50,855 nucleotides of DNA from a virus (taxonomy: Duplodnaviria; Caudoviricetes): the IMG/VR virus record IMGVR_UViG_3300020045_006039, positions 1 to 50,855 of that record; one strand, 5' to 3'. Shown here piece after piece: positions 18,792 through 27,969 of this stretch. Position numbers and translations under genes: made by a program. The first letter of the stretch is position 1. Every line of letters starts with the position of its first letter. Under the pieces are notes generated by a model. That model made no database searches. It saw only the letters and a list, made by a program, of their open reading frames with translations, and had not been told where the DNA came from.

Positions 18792-19074
18792 GGGCGCAAT
18801 AGATTACTTTCCCGTTTCGGTGAACGCTAACCAATTCGCCGTCTCTAATCTCGATAATGTCACTGTATTTCACCAACACGATTTTACCGGACGCACTAGC
18901 GGGAATAAACCAGCCCGTCGGATCGATCCACTCACTCGATACTACGCCGACCGACTTTTCATATCTAGTAAACAATTCAATAAAAAACTGCCGGTATATT
19001 CCGTCAAACAGTCCGCCTAAATCCCACTCTGCCTGAATTTCTTCCGCAAGTTTTTCGATTAGTTTTTCGTTCAT
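18721..19074 (-). CDS. Hypothetical protein with C-terminal C/H zinc-finger-like motif
   Basis: ATGA overlap with the portal stop; CAHDW...CSRC. Confidence 0.55.
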   Translation of the reverse strand: MNEKLIEKLAEEIQAEWDLGGLFDGIYRQFFIELFTRYEKSVGVVSSEWIDPTGWFIPASASGKIVLVKYSDIIEIRDGELVSVHRNGKVIYCAHDWIGDEGGDSWCSRCGEINTDV

Positions 19075-20480
19075 TCTCTCAAACTCATCTCGTTATATCG
19101 CGCCGTCATCCGATCGATCGACTGCGCCAACTGCGAGAGCGCCGCCGGGTCTTGCGGCTGCTGTGCCACTTGCGCCGCGCCGGGCTGCGCGATCGTCGTG
19201 CCGTCTTTGGGCAAACTTTCCGGCAAGAACTGCGTTCGCTTGCGGATCGCAATCATGTCATCTTTGCCGAGCGGTAGAATGTCCTTGATGCTTTGCAGAA
19301 ATGATCCGATGTCGCCTAGCGCCACATTCTTATCGGGATGCTTAACCACAAGACGGGGCCGCTTCGTCATGCCAGGGAACGCGCCGTCATTGACGCGAAA
19401 CAGCCAGCCGCCGTATTGCTGATCAAGTTGCTTGACAAATGAGTCTTGCATCGTGTTGAAGCCGAGCAACCACATATCGGTCGAGGAGTCCATCGAGGCG
19501 TAACTACCTTGACCCGAAATGGTATTTTGGGCCAACCACGCCATGTTGAAAATTGCAAGTTTCAATAGGCCGTAATATCGGACGGTTTCAAGAAGCGCTG
19601 ATGCCGCGCTGAATGGAATATCTTTAACGTCACTTGTAAAACCGTATGGATTCAAAACATAGTTGCCTTCTTGTGCCGTCAATACCGCGCGCGCCAATGC
19701 TCGCACGTTGCTTTTATCTTCGGTCGTTAATGCGCCTTCACTCGTCTTACTCACTTCTAGGTAACCGGCAGCGTGTTCGCTGCCGATGCCAAGCACGACT
19801 TCATAGCCATACTTGATACGCTCAAGGCGATAGATCGCTTCGAGCGTCGCTAGACCTTCGGGCGAATTTGGATCACCGTGCGTGAAATGGACGCTTTGAC
19901 TACTGGGTAACAAAACCTCTTCATTCGGTGGATCGCTTTGCCACATCCCCCTGACCTCGCCGGTTGTCTGTTGCAACTCCCAGCGGGAGAATGTTGAATG
20001 ATCGCGGAAGGCCAACTTGCGGCAACCGATCAAGCCGTCATTGAATTGTGATCGCCAGTCGCTTTCGTCCGGCGCCTGCCAGTCTTTTTTGCGTAAGCCC
20101 GCAGTGAGAGCAAAATACGAGAAGCCTAAAAACGGGGTGTGATTGACGTTGGTATCTAACGCAGCAGCCAGATCGTGATTTTGCAAATCTGAGTTGTAGA
20201 AGTCAACCGCCCGTTTGTCATCGTCGGTTGGATGCTCGACATCGGCGGGCGTTTCGGCACGCACTGATAACCGCGCCGTCAATGGCGTAAACACGCCGCG
20301 CACCATCGAGACTTCGGGATCTGATCGCCGGATGCGATTCAAGTCCGGGAAACATTGCGGCCACATCAGTTTCGTGTCATAGGCTTTTTCGATCAAGCCG
20401 GACATAGCCGATATGCCGAGGCCGGGCGTGCCGAGTTCTTTGAATTGATTTTTGCTATCGTCCTGATTTGTCATCGCCAT
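19071..20480 (-). CDS. Portal protein (Mu gp29/DUF935-like)
   Basis: Directly after TerL; 469 aa; 'SPEGLATLEAIY' and 'GSYASM' motifs. Confidence 0.85.
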   Translation of the reverse strand: MAMTNQDDSKNQFKELGTPGLGISAMSGLIEKAYDTKLMWPQCFPDLNRIRRSDPEVSMVRGVFTPLTARLSVRAETPADVEHPTDDDKRAVDFYNSDLQNHDLAAALDTNVNHTPFLGFSYFALTAGLRKKDWQAPDESDWRSQFNDGLIGCRKLAFRDHSTFSRWELQQTTGEVRGMWQSDPPNEEVLLPSSQSVHFTHGDPNSPEGLATLEAIYRLERIKYGYEVVLGIGSEHAAGYLEVSKTSEGALTTEDKSNVRALARAVLTAQEGNYVLNPYGFTSDVKDIPFSAASALLETVRYYGLLKLAIFNMAWLAQNTISGQGSYASMDSSTDMWLLGFNTMQDSFVKQLDQQYGGWLFRVNDGAFPGMTKRPRLVVKHPDKNVALGDIGSFLQSIKDILPLGKDDMIAIRKRTQFLPESLPKDGTTIAQPGAAQVAQQPQDPAALSQLAQSIDRMTARYNEMSLRE

Positions 20481-22054
20481 CTTGATTCGTATCCTTCCAC
20501 TGTGCCGAGTTCGTCAACGCCTTCCCACGAAACTATGCCGGTTACTAATTTGCTAAATGCACGCCCCGCACATTCGATTTGATCATCATGCTTGCCGTCT
20601 GGAAAATCAAGCGCCTCGCTAATAAATTCCGGCGTCCATTTTGCGCGCAACACTCTAACATTTCCCGCTTCTGCTTGTGCAGCCAACGGATCGATCGCGC
20701 TGATCTTGCTGCCCGTTGTCGGCTCGGTGTGTACCGTATGCCCTGCCAGCAATCGCACGAATGAAGCCGCGCTATCCTTGCCGCCGCTACCCGGCTCTTG
20801 TTCGCCCCATTGACCAACATTGCCCGCGCCGTATTTTACAGTGTCCTTGTCGGCGGTGAGTTTGATTATCTGATCGCGTTCACCGCTTGACCATTGGCCG
20901 CGCACCACGTCCTCGATATAGATCGTGCCGTTTGCGTTAGCCAGCAACACGCCCGCCGTATAATCGCCGCCGCCCTGGGTAGCGGCTTTATCCCACCATC
21001 GCACGCGAGTTGCACCCATCGGCACAGCATCAGCGATCGTTAGCCATGACTCTTTGAACATTCCACCCTCTCGCGGGCGCGGGCGTTGCTGATAGAGTGA
21101 CGCCCATTGATATTGACCGATCGCCGCTTTGATTTTATCGAGCGCGGTTTGATCGTATTTGTCAATCCATAACGGATCGCCTATCTCTCGCGGGTCATCC
21201 GCCGCCCCGATCGTATCGCACACTGCCGGAAACGATATGATTTTCCAGTCATCTGCATCCGCCGATTCCAAGATGCGCCCCATCACGTCGTTGATATGCC
21301 AGCGCGTTGTGGTTAGCAATATGCCAGCGTTCTTTTCGGCGCGGGTGTAAAACGTACTTTGCCACCAATCCCACACCTTGTCACGATAGCGCGGGCTGTC
21401 GGCCTCTTCACGATTCTTAATCGGATCGTCTACAATGCCGTAATCAAACCCCATGCCGCCAATACCACCACCCACGCCCGCACTGCGATATGTTCCACTA
21501 TGATTGACAATCTCAAATATATCAGAATTGCGAAGCCATGAGCCATCGGCGATGGTTCTGATATTCTTGCCGAATAGCCGCGTGCCTGGAAACACCGCCG
21601 TGTATTTCTCATCATCCATAATCCGCTGCACGTCTCGATTCATGCGTTGCGCTAAATCTGCGCTATAACTACAGGCAATGATTCGCGCATCTGGCTTGCG
21701 CCCAAGAATATAAGCGGGCAAACGCCGGGATACCAATTCACTCTTGCCGTGTCTTGGCGGCATACACACGATAAGCCGCTTACATTCTCCCGCTACAAAA
21801 CGATCAAGCCACTCGCACAAAACGCGGTGATGCCAGTTGACTTGATAATCAGGCTTGGTTGAAATTGTAAAATCAAGCAAGTCGGCAACCGAAATCGGCG
21901 CAACCGCCGCCGCCCCGCCCGCGCGCGCGTCAAGCGTCTCGCGTTCCGCTTGCTGGTACGCTTCCGCCGCTGCCTGATTCAACCAATCTTCGTCTTGCGG
22001 CTGCAACCATGTCGTTGTAGAGTTCGTCTGGATCATAGCCTCGTTGCTTTGCAA
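20471..22054 (-). CDS. terL: Terminase large subunit (start uncertain, 22054 or 22036)
   Basis: Walker A 'MPPRHGKS', Walker B 'GIVDDP', 'TRWH', nuclease 'WDKA...DYTA' and 'HDDQ'. Confidence 0.95.
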   Translation of the reverse strand: MQSNEAMIQTNSTTTWLQPQDEDWLNQAAAEAYQQAERETLDARAGGAAAVAPISVADLLDFTISTKPDYQVNWHHRVLCEWLDRFVAGECKRLIVCMPPRHGKSELVSRRLPAYILGRKPDARIIACSYSADLAQRMNRDVQRIMDDEKYTAVFPGTRLFGKNIRTIADGSWLRNSDIFEIVNHSGTYRSAGVGGGIGGMGFDYGIVDDPIKNREEADSPRYRDKVWDWWQSTFYTRAEKNAGILLTTTRWHINDVMGRILESADADDWKIISFPAVCDTIGAADDPREIGDPLWIDKYDQTALDKIKAAIGQYQWASLYQQRPRPREGGMFKESWLTIADAVPMGATRVRWWDKAATQGGGDYTAGVLLANANGTIYIEDVVRGQWSSGERDQIIKLTADKDTVKYGAGNVGQWGEQEPGSGGKDSAASFVRLLAGHTVHTEPTTGSKISAIDPLAAQAEAGNVRVLRAKWTPEFISEALDFPDGKHDDQIECAGRAFSKLVTGIVSWEGVDELGTVEGYESRWR

Positions 22055-22535
22055 TGTCGCGCCAATTTAATTCAACAACTGTCTTGCGATGTCCAAGTTC
22101 TTTTGCGATGTCATCCAGCACGCCGCGATACTCTTTGACTTCTGCGGCGTTAAACTCTTCGTAGTCGATGACCTGCATAAACTCGCCACTACCCAAACCC
22201 TTGACTTGATCGAGCCACAAAAACCCGCCGGTCAAGTCTTTCCACATCAGCGCCGCGAGTATCTGTAAACTTTTGACGCGCTCAGATTTTATAGCAAGCC
22301 CTGTCCGCAGTGCGTCAAACTCACCAACGGATTTAATCGCCTCAAGATCGTGCTTGCGAGTTGATCGGTAATAATCAACCTGCGTGCGCGTCACGTCGAA
22401 CACGGGTTTGAAATTAGCCGCCCGCTGATTGATCTCGTCTGTCTCTAATCCTTCGGCTATCCATTGGAGTAGAGCCTCTTTTTGCTTTTTTCTTAGATGC
22501 TTGCTGCCCACTGTTACCGTCCGGTTTTGTCTCAA
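21930..22535 (-). CDS. terS: Terminase small subunit (DUF2280-like)
   Basis: Immediately upstream of and overlapping terL; N-terminal HTH-like region and 'LDDIAKELG'. Confidence 0.75.
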   Translation of the reverse strand: MRQNRTVTVGSKHLRKKQKEALLQWIAEGLETDEINQRAANFKPVFDVTRTQVDYYRSTRKHDLEAIKSVGEFDALRTGLAIKSERVKSLQILAALMWKDLTGGFLWLDQVKGLGSGEFMQVIDYEEFNAAEVKEYRGVLDDIAKELGHRKTVVELNWRDIAKQRGYDPDELYNDMVAAARRRLVESGSGGSVPASGTRDA

Positions 22536-22704
22536 TTTGTGTTACAGACTTAGCGAAACTACCCTGCTTTGTTAAAAACCATGCGGCCTGATTGATGCAA
22601 TTTTCTGGAATGTTGAACGTCACATCAACCGTGTGATCTTCAAGCGTTCGTACCCGCTTGATCAGGTGCTGATATTCCACCGCCGCTATCTTCTGCCCGC
22701 TCAT
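22414..22704 (-). CDS. Hypothetical protein
   Basis: SD GAGG; overlaps the terS 5' end. Confidence 0.5.
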   Translation of the reverse strand: MSGQKIAAVEYQHLIKRVRTLEDHTVDVTFNIPENCINQAAWFLTKQGSFAKSVTQIETKPDGNSGQQASKKKAKRGSTPMDSRRIRDRRDQSAGG

Positions 22705-22711
22705 CGTCGCC

Positions 22712-22810
22712 TCACCGCGCCCCGCACGACGCCGCGACGGCCAGCAGCGAGAGCAGCAGGCACGCGGCGAAGAGGGCGGCGTAACGGTTAGCGGGCGGGA
22801 GTGGGGTCAT
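22712..22810 (-). CDS. 32-aa hydrophobic peptide with lipobox-like VAASC (not in ORF track)
   Basis: My translation MTPLPPANRYAALFAACLLLSLLAVAASCGAR; ATGA overlap with the upstream ORF. Confidence 0.5.
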   Translation of the reverse strand: MTPLPPANRYAALFAACLLLSLLAVAASCGAR

Positions 22811-23022
22811 GGGTCTAGTAGTTCCCACTTTGCGTTTATGGAACGCACGCCGCTCATCTCGCACACTTCGTAATCTAACGCCTGTTTTTTATTTTTATAA
22901 ACAGGAATTACAGATAGATCGCCAGAAACGCCTATTGTCTTTATACCGCGCCTCTCAATTTCATCCGCGAGTGAGCGTAAGCGATCAACAAACAACTGGG
23001 CAGTAGTTTTCTCGTCGCTCAT
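22807..23022 (-). CDS. Hypothetical protein
   Basis: ATGA-coupled (MSDEKTTA...). Confidence 0.5.
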   Translation of the reverse strand: MSDEKTTAQLFVDRLRSLADEIERRGIKTIGVSGDLSVIPVYKNKKQALDYEVCEMSGVRSINAKWELLDP

Positions 23023-23303
23023 TTCTGCTCTATCTCCAATTCCTGAAGCCATTTCAGATTACTCCTCGCCGCCGCCAATTCCGATCGCAGTTTTAGCACC
23101 GCCGCGTATGCGTTGCGGCAATGCGTGAAGCAGTTTTGTTTCCAGCCGGGATCGGCGACTTGATCGCGCATCTCGAAGCCGCACTCGTACTTAACGAAAT
23201 GCGACAGCCCGCTTCCGCTGTCCCACGATCCCATAACCGCCGCGCCGCAGATCGGGCATGATGATAGATCGATGACAAGATCGGTGTTGATAGCGTTAGT
23301 CAT
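23019..23303 (-). CDS. Zinc-ribbon protein
   Basis: CPIC...ECG...C..HC. Confidence 0.55.
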   Translation of the reverse strand: MTNAINTDLVIDLSSCPICGAAVMGSWDSGSGLSHFVKYECGFEMRDQVADPGWKQNCFTHCRNAYAAVLKLRSELAAARSNLKWLQELEIEQK

Positions 23304-23313
23304 TAGTAATCAA

Positions 23314-23580
23314 TTAGTTCAGCGAGACAATCTCTAAATCATCTCGCGTTAAATCTTTTACGACAATTATATGCCGTTCGTGTTCAGCGCACCATTCTTG
23401 ATACCAGTTGTTACTCAAATCGCCTGCAAGCATTTCGGCAGTAATAAGATGACGCCTAGCCGTGCAATTTACATCGTGTGTAATTGATTCAGTCTCAAAA
23501 TTAACGCGTCTCGAATTGATATAACCAAACACAGAAAGATGTTTTATTTTAACAAGTTTTCCAAACGGATTATCGCTCAT
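23314..23580 (-). CDS. Hypothetical protein (AT-rich)
   Basis: ATGA-coupled ORF. Confidence 0.55.
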   Translation of the reverse strand: MSDNPFGKLVKIKHLSVFGYINSRRVNFETESITHDVNCTARRHLITAEMLAGDLSNNWYQEWCAEHERHIIVVKDLTRDDLEIVSLN

Positions 23581-23900
23581 CGCCTCTTACCCTTTCGCGC
23601 CGCCGTGACGATCGCCGTCGCAAGCGCCGCAATCGCTAAGACGACCAGCGCCGCAATGACTTCGGGCGGCTTGTTATTCGCGCAGCGCGTCTTGAGCGGA
23701 AACGCGCGATCGAGCGTGCGCTTCGATTCCGCCGTCACGTCAATGTGTGCCGATTGCGGTTGCAGACACCAGCGGCAATGCTCGGCCATCGATCGGCACA
23801 GGCAGCGCTCGTAATGAGCGCACGGCACGCGCTGCCACGCCGGATCACCGGCTTCGGGTAGACGAAGCGTCTCAATCATACTTGAACTAAGCCCATTCAT
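23577..23900 (-). CDS. Cys-rich protein with C-terminal TM helix
   Basis: Several Cys residues; hydrophobic VIAALVVLAIAALATAIV followed by a basic tail. Confidence 0.5.
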   Translation of the reverse strand: MNGLSSSMIETLRLPEAGDPAWQRVPCAHYERCLCRSMAEHCRWCLQPQSAHIDVTAESKRTLDRAFPLKTRCANNKPPEVIAALVVLAIAALATAIVTAARKGKRR

Positions 23901-24091
23901 TTCGCCGTCACCTTCAAGGCATGTTTCAGAGCGTAAGCCTTAGCCGCATTCGCGCCGCTTGATTTCAGCACGCGCTTGTATTTGTTATACTCGCGTGCCT
24001 TAGACGCCTTGTATCGTTCGCACTTCTTTTTGTTGCGGCCAATCTTGCGGCCTTTACCGCGAGACTTGGTACTAACGTCACTCATGCCCAC
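23897..24091 (-). CDS. Small highly basic protein
   Basis: Lys/Arg-rich; GGAGG SD; overlaps both neighbours. Confidence 0.6.
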   Translation of the reverse strand: MGMSDVSTKSRGKGRKIGRNKKKCERYKASKAREYNKYKRVLKSSGANAAKAYALKHALKVTAK

Positions 24092-24720
24092 CTCCAGTCA
24101 GGCCAATCGCCGCGCTCGATCCGCTCGATCTTGGCATCGTTATTCCGTACCGGGCCAGTCGGCGCGACGGGCGGCGGCTTGACGGGCGCGCGATACTTGC
24201 GAATCGCCAATAGCGGATCGATGTAGTTAGCCTTGACCCGCGCTAAATCGGTGCCCGGCCAATCCCACGGCTTGTCACCTAAGTTAATCCGCGCCATGTC
24301 AAAATGCAGATGATCGGCCTGCGTGTTCTCAGCATTGCCGACTGTGCCGATCAAATCGCCGCGCTTAACGGGTTGACCCGCCTTAACTAAGATGGTATCG
24401 CCGTGTGCGTAGCGCGTCCAGATCGGATACTCAAGCGCGTTGAAGTGCTTAATGACGATCACCTTGCCCCACACTTTCAGCAAGCCCGCAAAGATAACCT
24501 CGCCATCGCCCGCCGCGTAAAACGGCGCGTGCCGATCGGCGTTGAAATGGGGGTGATTCATGTTTAGATCAGCGCCAGTGTGAAAGTGCCACACGCCTTT
24601 TCTGATCTCGTATCGCGTCGCGTAACCTGTCGCGTCTACCCAGTGACCGGGCCAAAGTTTTGGCTCTGCGCGTTCGTCGGCTGCGCCGATCGGCGCGTCG
24701 AAGTAGGTGTAGTTGCTCAT
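24082..24720 (-). CDS. M23 family peptidase (endolysin)
   Basis: HxxxD (HTGAD), YAH and HLHF zinc motifs. Confidence 0.92.
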   Translation of the reverse strand: MSNYTYFDAPIGAADERAEPKLWPGHWVDATGYATRYEIRKGVWHFHTGADLNMNHPHFNADRHAPFYAAGDGEVIFAGLLKVWGKVIVIKHFNALEYPIWTRYAHGDTILVKAGQPVKRGDLIGTVGNAENTQADHLHFDMARINLGDKPWDWPGTDLARVKANYIDPLLAIRKYRAPVKPPPVAPTGPVRNNDAKIERIERGDWPDWRWA

Positions 24721-24932
24721 GCTATCACCAATAAATTATTTGCCCGATGCGTATTAACGGACGCCACTAGCCTGATGCTTTCAACCCGATCTGTATATTT
24801 CCACTCTAACGATTTCATCAGTGCCAGTGCTGCCGATTCTGCCTGTAGGACATCTTGAGCCACAACAAAAACGTCAATAGTATCAATGCCTGAAACGCGC
24901 TGATAAACACAAGTAACAAAATAAAGATTCAC
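24717..24932 (-). CDS. Hypothetical protein (AT-rich insert in the lysis cassette)
   Basis: GTGA/ATGA overlaps on both sides. Confidence 0.5.
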   Translation of the reverse strand: MNLYFVTCVYQRVSGIDTIDVFVVAQDVLQAESAALALMKSLEWKYTDRVESIRLVASVNTHRANNLLVIA

Positions 24933-25465
24933 GCCATCACCGCCGAATACGTCGCCACCCAACCGCCTTGCAAGTGCCTGGGCGCGATGACCAACTGCCT
25001 GAACTCCACCGTGCCGACTCGCACTGGCGCGCCGAATTGCAACTGCGGCAAGAGGTAATCAACGCCGTCGCTGAATTGCGCTTGCAGGAATCCCATGATA
25101 CCGTGAACGAAGTCCGACTGGCGATAGACTGTGGCAAACGATGAACTGAGAATAATGATCGGCACATGGTCATTGGTGGGCTGCGGGTCAGGGACGGGGA
25201 TCGGTTCGGGCACGGGCGGTGGCGTAACAACTGGCGGCGCAACGACATCACCGATCGCCTCAAGGTAGCGGGTAACCGGTGTGTGGTCGATGATCCACGA
25301 AATGCCATAAGCCCGCCAGATCGCGCCGTCAAATTCGCGGGTGCTGAGCGAGGCGTTGATAACCTGCCCGGCGCGTAGCGGCTTGCCGGTATCACGACTC
25401 AGATCGGGATCGCCGTCATCGTTGGGGCGTATCGGTTGATCGATCAAGCATTTGAATTGCGGCAT
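24929..25465 (-). CDS. Two-domain protein with Pro-rich linker (possible SH3-like cell-wall binding)
   Basis: ATG 25465; linker PPVVTPPPVPEPIPVPDPQP; lies between holin and endolysin. Confidence 0.45.
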   Translation of the reverse strand: MPQFKCLIDQPIRPNDDGDPDLSRDTGKPLRAGQVINASLSTREFDGAIWRAYGISWIIDHTPVTRYLEAIGDVVAPPVVTPPPVPEPIPVPDPQPTNDHVPIIILSSSFATVYRQSDFVHGIMGFLQAQFSDGVDYLLPQLQFGAPVRVGTVEFRQLVIAPRHLQGGWVATYSAVMA

Positions 25466-25593
25466 GTGTTTTGAGTTTGCCGCCGCCGATGCTGGAGGAG
25501 GGTACACCGGCGGCGGCCAATAAGTAGCGGGCAATGCGTTACCCGCCTCGATCAAGCGCCGCTAGGTGAGATGGTAAACGGCGCGAATCGGCA

Positions 25594-25911
25594 TTACTGC
25601 GGCTTGACTTCGCTTACCGTCGTTGCCACTTGCGTGCTAGGTGATACCTGTCGCGTCGTGGTTACCGAGGTAGTCAGGCCGCCGATCAACTTCGCCACAT
25701 CATAAAAGCCAGCCGCGCCCAAGCCGCCCAGCACTCCGATGAACAAAATGCGCCCCACGCCATCTGGCAACAACTGAGCCGCCAAAGTAAAGATGAGGCC
25801 GACAACAACAGAGAGCAGCGTCAACAACTTGCCCGCTGCCCCTAATTCCTTCAACAGATTAACCGTGCCGACAATTGCCGGTAACGCTAAAACCATCAAG
25901 CCTGAATCCAT
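25594..25911 (-). CDS. Holin
   Basis: Three hydrophobic segments, 'GLGAAGFYD' motif, SD AAGGA, upstream of the M23 lysin. Confidence 0.8.
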   Translation of the reverse strand: MDSGLMVLALPAIVGTVNLLKELGAAGKLLTLLSVVVGLIFTLAAQLLPDGVGRILFIGVLGGLGAAGFYDVAKLIGGLTTSVTTTRQVSPSTQVATTVSEVKPQ

Positions 25912-26067
25912 TATGATTATCCTTTCGTGAAGTTGTACCGCGCCCGATCGCGCCGCGTTTACGGCTGGCTGCTCTACGTCAATAACCCGAATATCGCCGT
26001 GGTTGCGCGGGCGAGACATACGTCAATAACCAGTAACGCGATCGGGCAGCCAGAGAGATGCACGTTT

Positions 26068-26096
26068 AGTTTATACCAAATCATATCTCAAGTCAA
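26068..26096 (-). promoter_or_regulatory. Putative late-operon promoter
   Basis: TTGACT-N17-TAAACT upstream of a structured leader and the holin. Confidence 0.6.
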
Positions 26097-26177
26097 CTGG
26101 CAAAAAGTGACGCCGCGAGCGCCGTAGACGCAGGCGAGCGGACGGCTAAAGCGTAAACGGCGGCGGCGCTTGGGGCC

Positions 26178-26825
26178 CTAGTCCGTTTTTACAAATAATC
26201 GAGCGGGCTTACTACTGCGATCAACGGTACACCACGGCTCGAACGATTCGAGCGATTGAAGTAGACTACCCATAAATGATCTGGCAGATGAATAATGTTT
26301 TTTACCCAGTTGACCATAAATATCCCTAACGGTACAACCGGGATTATTTGAAATGAAGTTTTGTACATCGAGCATTGTTTGACGATACGGGGTTAAGTGA
26401 TGCCCGCTCTGTGACCCTGCACGTGAATAGGTTTTATGAAGGTCGGTAAGTTGATCTAAGTATCTTTTAACAATGCCTTGATTTTTAACAAAGATGGGCG
26501 GGCGAGCCAACTCCTCAACGCCATCCGATTTCACTTCCAGTATACCCACCCTGAAATAATCTCTTGCAACCCTGAAGTTGCTGCGATGCTTTGATCTAGG
26601 TATTCCGATTGATCGATAGTGCACAGGCCATGCGGCGGCTTGGGTCAACACGTCTAACCCATAATGTGTCTTGGTTTCAATAATCCACATGATGCCATTA
26701 CGCACAGCCACTATATCGGCGACTTGATTTCTTGAATCAAACTGGACTTCCTGATATATTTCCCAATATTGATCCGTTAGCCATGCAATGATTTTAGACG
26801 CTATTTCTGTTTCTTGATGTTTCAT
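26178..26825 (-). CDS. PD-(D/E)xK nuclease-fold protein with C-terminal winged-helix-like region
   Basis: 'YQEV...ADIVA...IIETK'. Last early gene before the late promoter, so a regulatory role is possible. Confidence 0.6.
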   Translation of the reverse strand: MKHQETEIASKIIAWLTDQYWEIYQEVQFDSRNQVADIVAVRNGIMWIIETKTHYGLDVLTQAAAWPVHYRSIGIPRSKHRSNFRVARDYFRVGILEVKSDGVEELARPPIFVKNQGIVKRYLDQLTDLHKTYSRAGSQSGHHLTPYRQTMLDVQNFISNNPGCTVRDIYGQLGKKHYSSARSFMGSLLQSLESFEPWCTVDRSSKPARLFVKTD

Positions 26826-26887
26826 TTCAAATTACCCCTGCCTATCGCCGCGATCGCCGCGCCGGGGCGTGTCGCGCGGCGGGCGTG

Positions 26888-27247
26888 TCACTCGTTTGCT
26901 ACCCTCAACTCAATATCCCCGTGGCACGCCTGATTGAGTCCGCAACAACAGGCCACATTACAGCCACGAAGATCGCGCTTGATCCGCTCTTTCAACTCGC
27001 GGCCAATTTCCAGTGTCAAGAAAATCTCGAATGCCTCTAGGCAATCCTCGCGGGTAAGCGTTGCGCCCAATTCGTGCTTAAAGCGCGACGCCACAATGAA
27101 CGGCAGTTCGATCGACGGCATACCGATCTTAAATCGATTGCCGTAGCGTGTGCCTCGGTAGATACGCTTGATCGGCAATCCGTTGGGCGATACGAGGTGC
27201 GCGCCCTTGCGTCGGCTGTGTTGCAGGCGAACGGGGTGAATGGTCAT
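26888..27247 (-). CDS. DUF4326-like protein
   Basis: 'IYRGTRYGNRF...LRGCNVACCC...CHGD'. Confidence 0.8.
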   Translation of the reverse strand: MTIHPVRLQHSRRKGAHLVSPNGLPIKRIYRGTRYGNRFKIGMPSIELPFIVASRFKHELGATLTREDCLEAFEIFLTLEIGRELKERIKRDLRGCNVACCCGLNQACHGDIELRVANE

Positions 27248-27594
27248 ACTAAATCCAGTGCCTCGATCTCTTCTTTGATCTTATCGATATTCCAGTTATA
27301 TAACCCGGCTTGCGCCGTGCGTTTGATTACGATCGCTATCTGGACATCAAGGCGAATCACAAGGTATAGCCCGCCCGCTGCCTCGACCGCCGCCTTCACT
27401 CGCTTCTCATTGGCTGTCAATGTGCCGTGCGGTTGCTTGTATTCCATCACGATCGGAAACGGCAACAGGCCATGCACGAGCCGATCGAATCCGTCCTCGC
27501 GTCGCATCGGTTGCGGGTAGGCTTTGACCGCGATCAGCATTTCGTCAAACTCTTTGGCGTTGCTGTCCGGTTTCTGAAATTTGTAGTTGGTCAT
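27244..27594 (-). CDS. VRR-NUC-like nuclease (degenerate)
   Basis: 'DGFDRLV...MEYKQPHGTLTANE...GGLYLVIR'. Confidence 0.6.
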   Translation of the reverse strand: MTNYKFQKPDSNAKEFDEMLIAVKAYPQPMRREDGFDRLVHGLLPFPIVMEYKQPHGTLTANEKRVKAAVEAAGGLYLVIRLDVQIAIVIKRTAQAGLYNWNIDKIKEEIEALDLV

Positions 27595-27790
27595 GGCTTC
27601 TATGCTTTATAGACTCATGGATGTCATACCGCACAACTGGATACTTGCCCGTGCCGTTACAAGTCGGACAGGTTCCTTTTGAAAAGTATCTGCTCTTGCC
27701 TGTGCCATTGCAGAATCGACACGGCTTAAACACGGTGTACTCGATAACCTTATGGCTTGTGTGTGATTCCTTTTCTTCGCAGTCGCTCAT
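27545..27790 (-). CDS. DnaJ-type CxxCxGxG zinc finger protein
   Basis: CRFCNGTG and CPTCNGTG. Confidence 0.7.
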   Translation of the reverse strand: MSDCEEKESHTSHKVIEYTVFKPCRFCNGTGKSRYFSKGTCPTCNGTGKYPVVRYDIHESIKHRSHDQLQISETGQQRQRV

Positions 27791-27969
27791 GGCTCATCTA
27801 TCCATTTCTTGACCCGATCGATCATGGCTTGATTTGACTGAGCGATTAACTCTGCAATCAATTCAAATTGTTCATCGGCTGATAGGTCACCGATAATTTG
27901 CGACAGTTGTTTCAGCGATAACTTTGATGCAACCTCAATCTTTTCTGCGTTCCAATCTACTTTGCTCAT
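27787..27969 (-). CDS. Hypothetical protein
   Basis: ATGA-coupled ORF. Confidence 0.55.
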   Translation of the reverse strand: MSKVDWNAEKIEVASKLSLKQLSQIIGDLSADEQFELIAELIAQSNQAMIDRVKKWIDEP

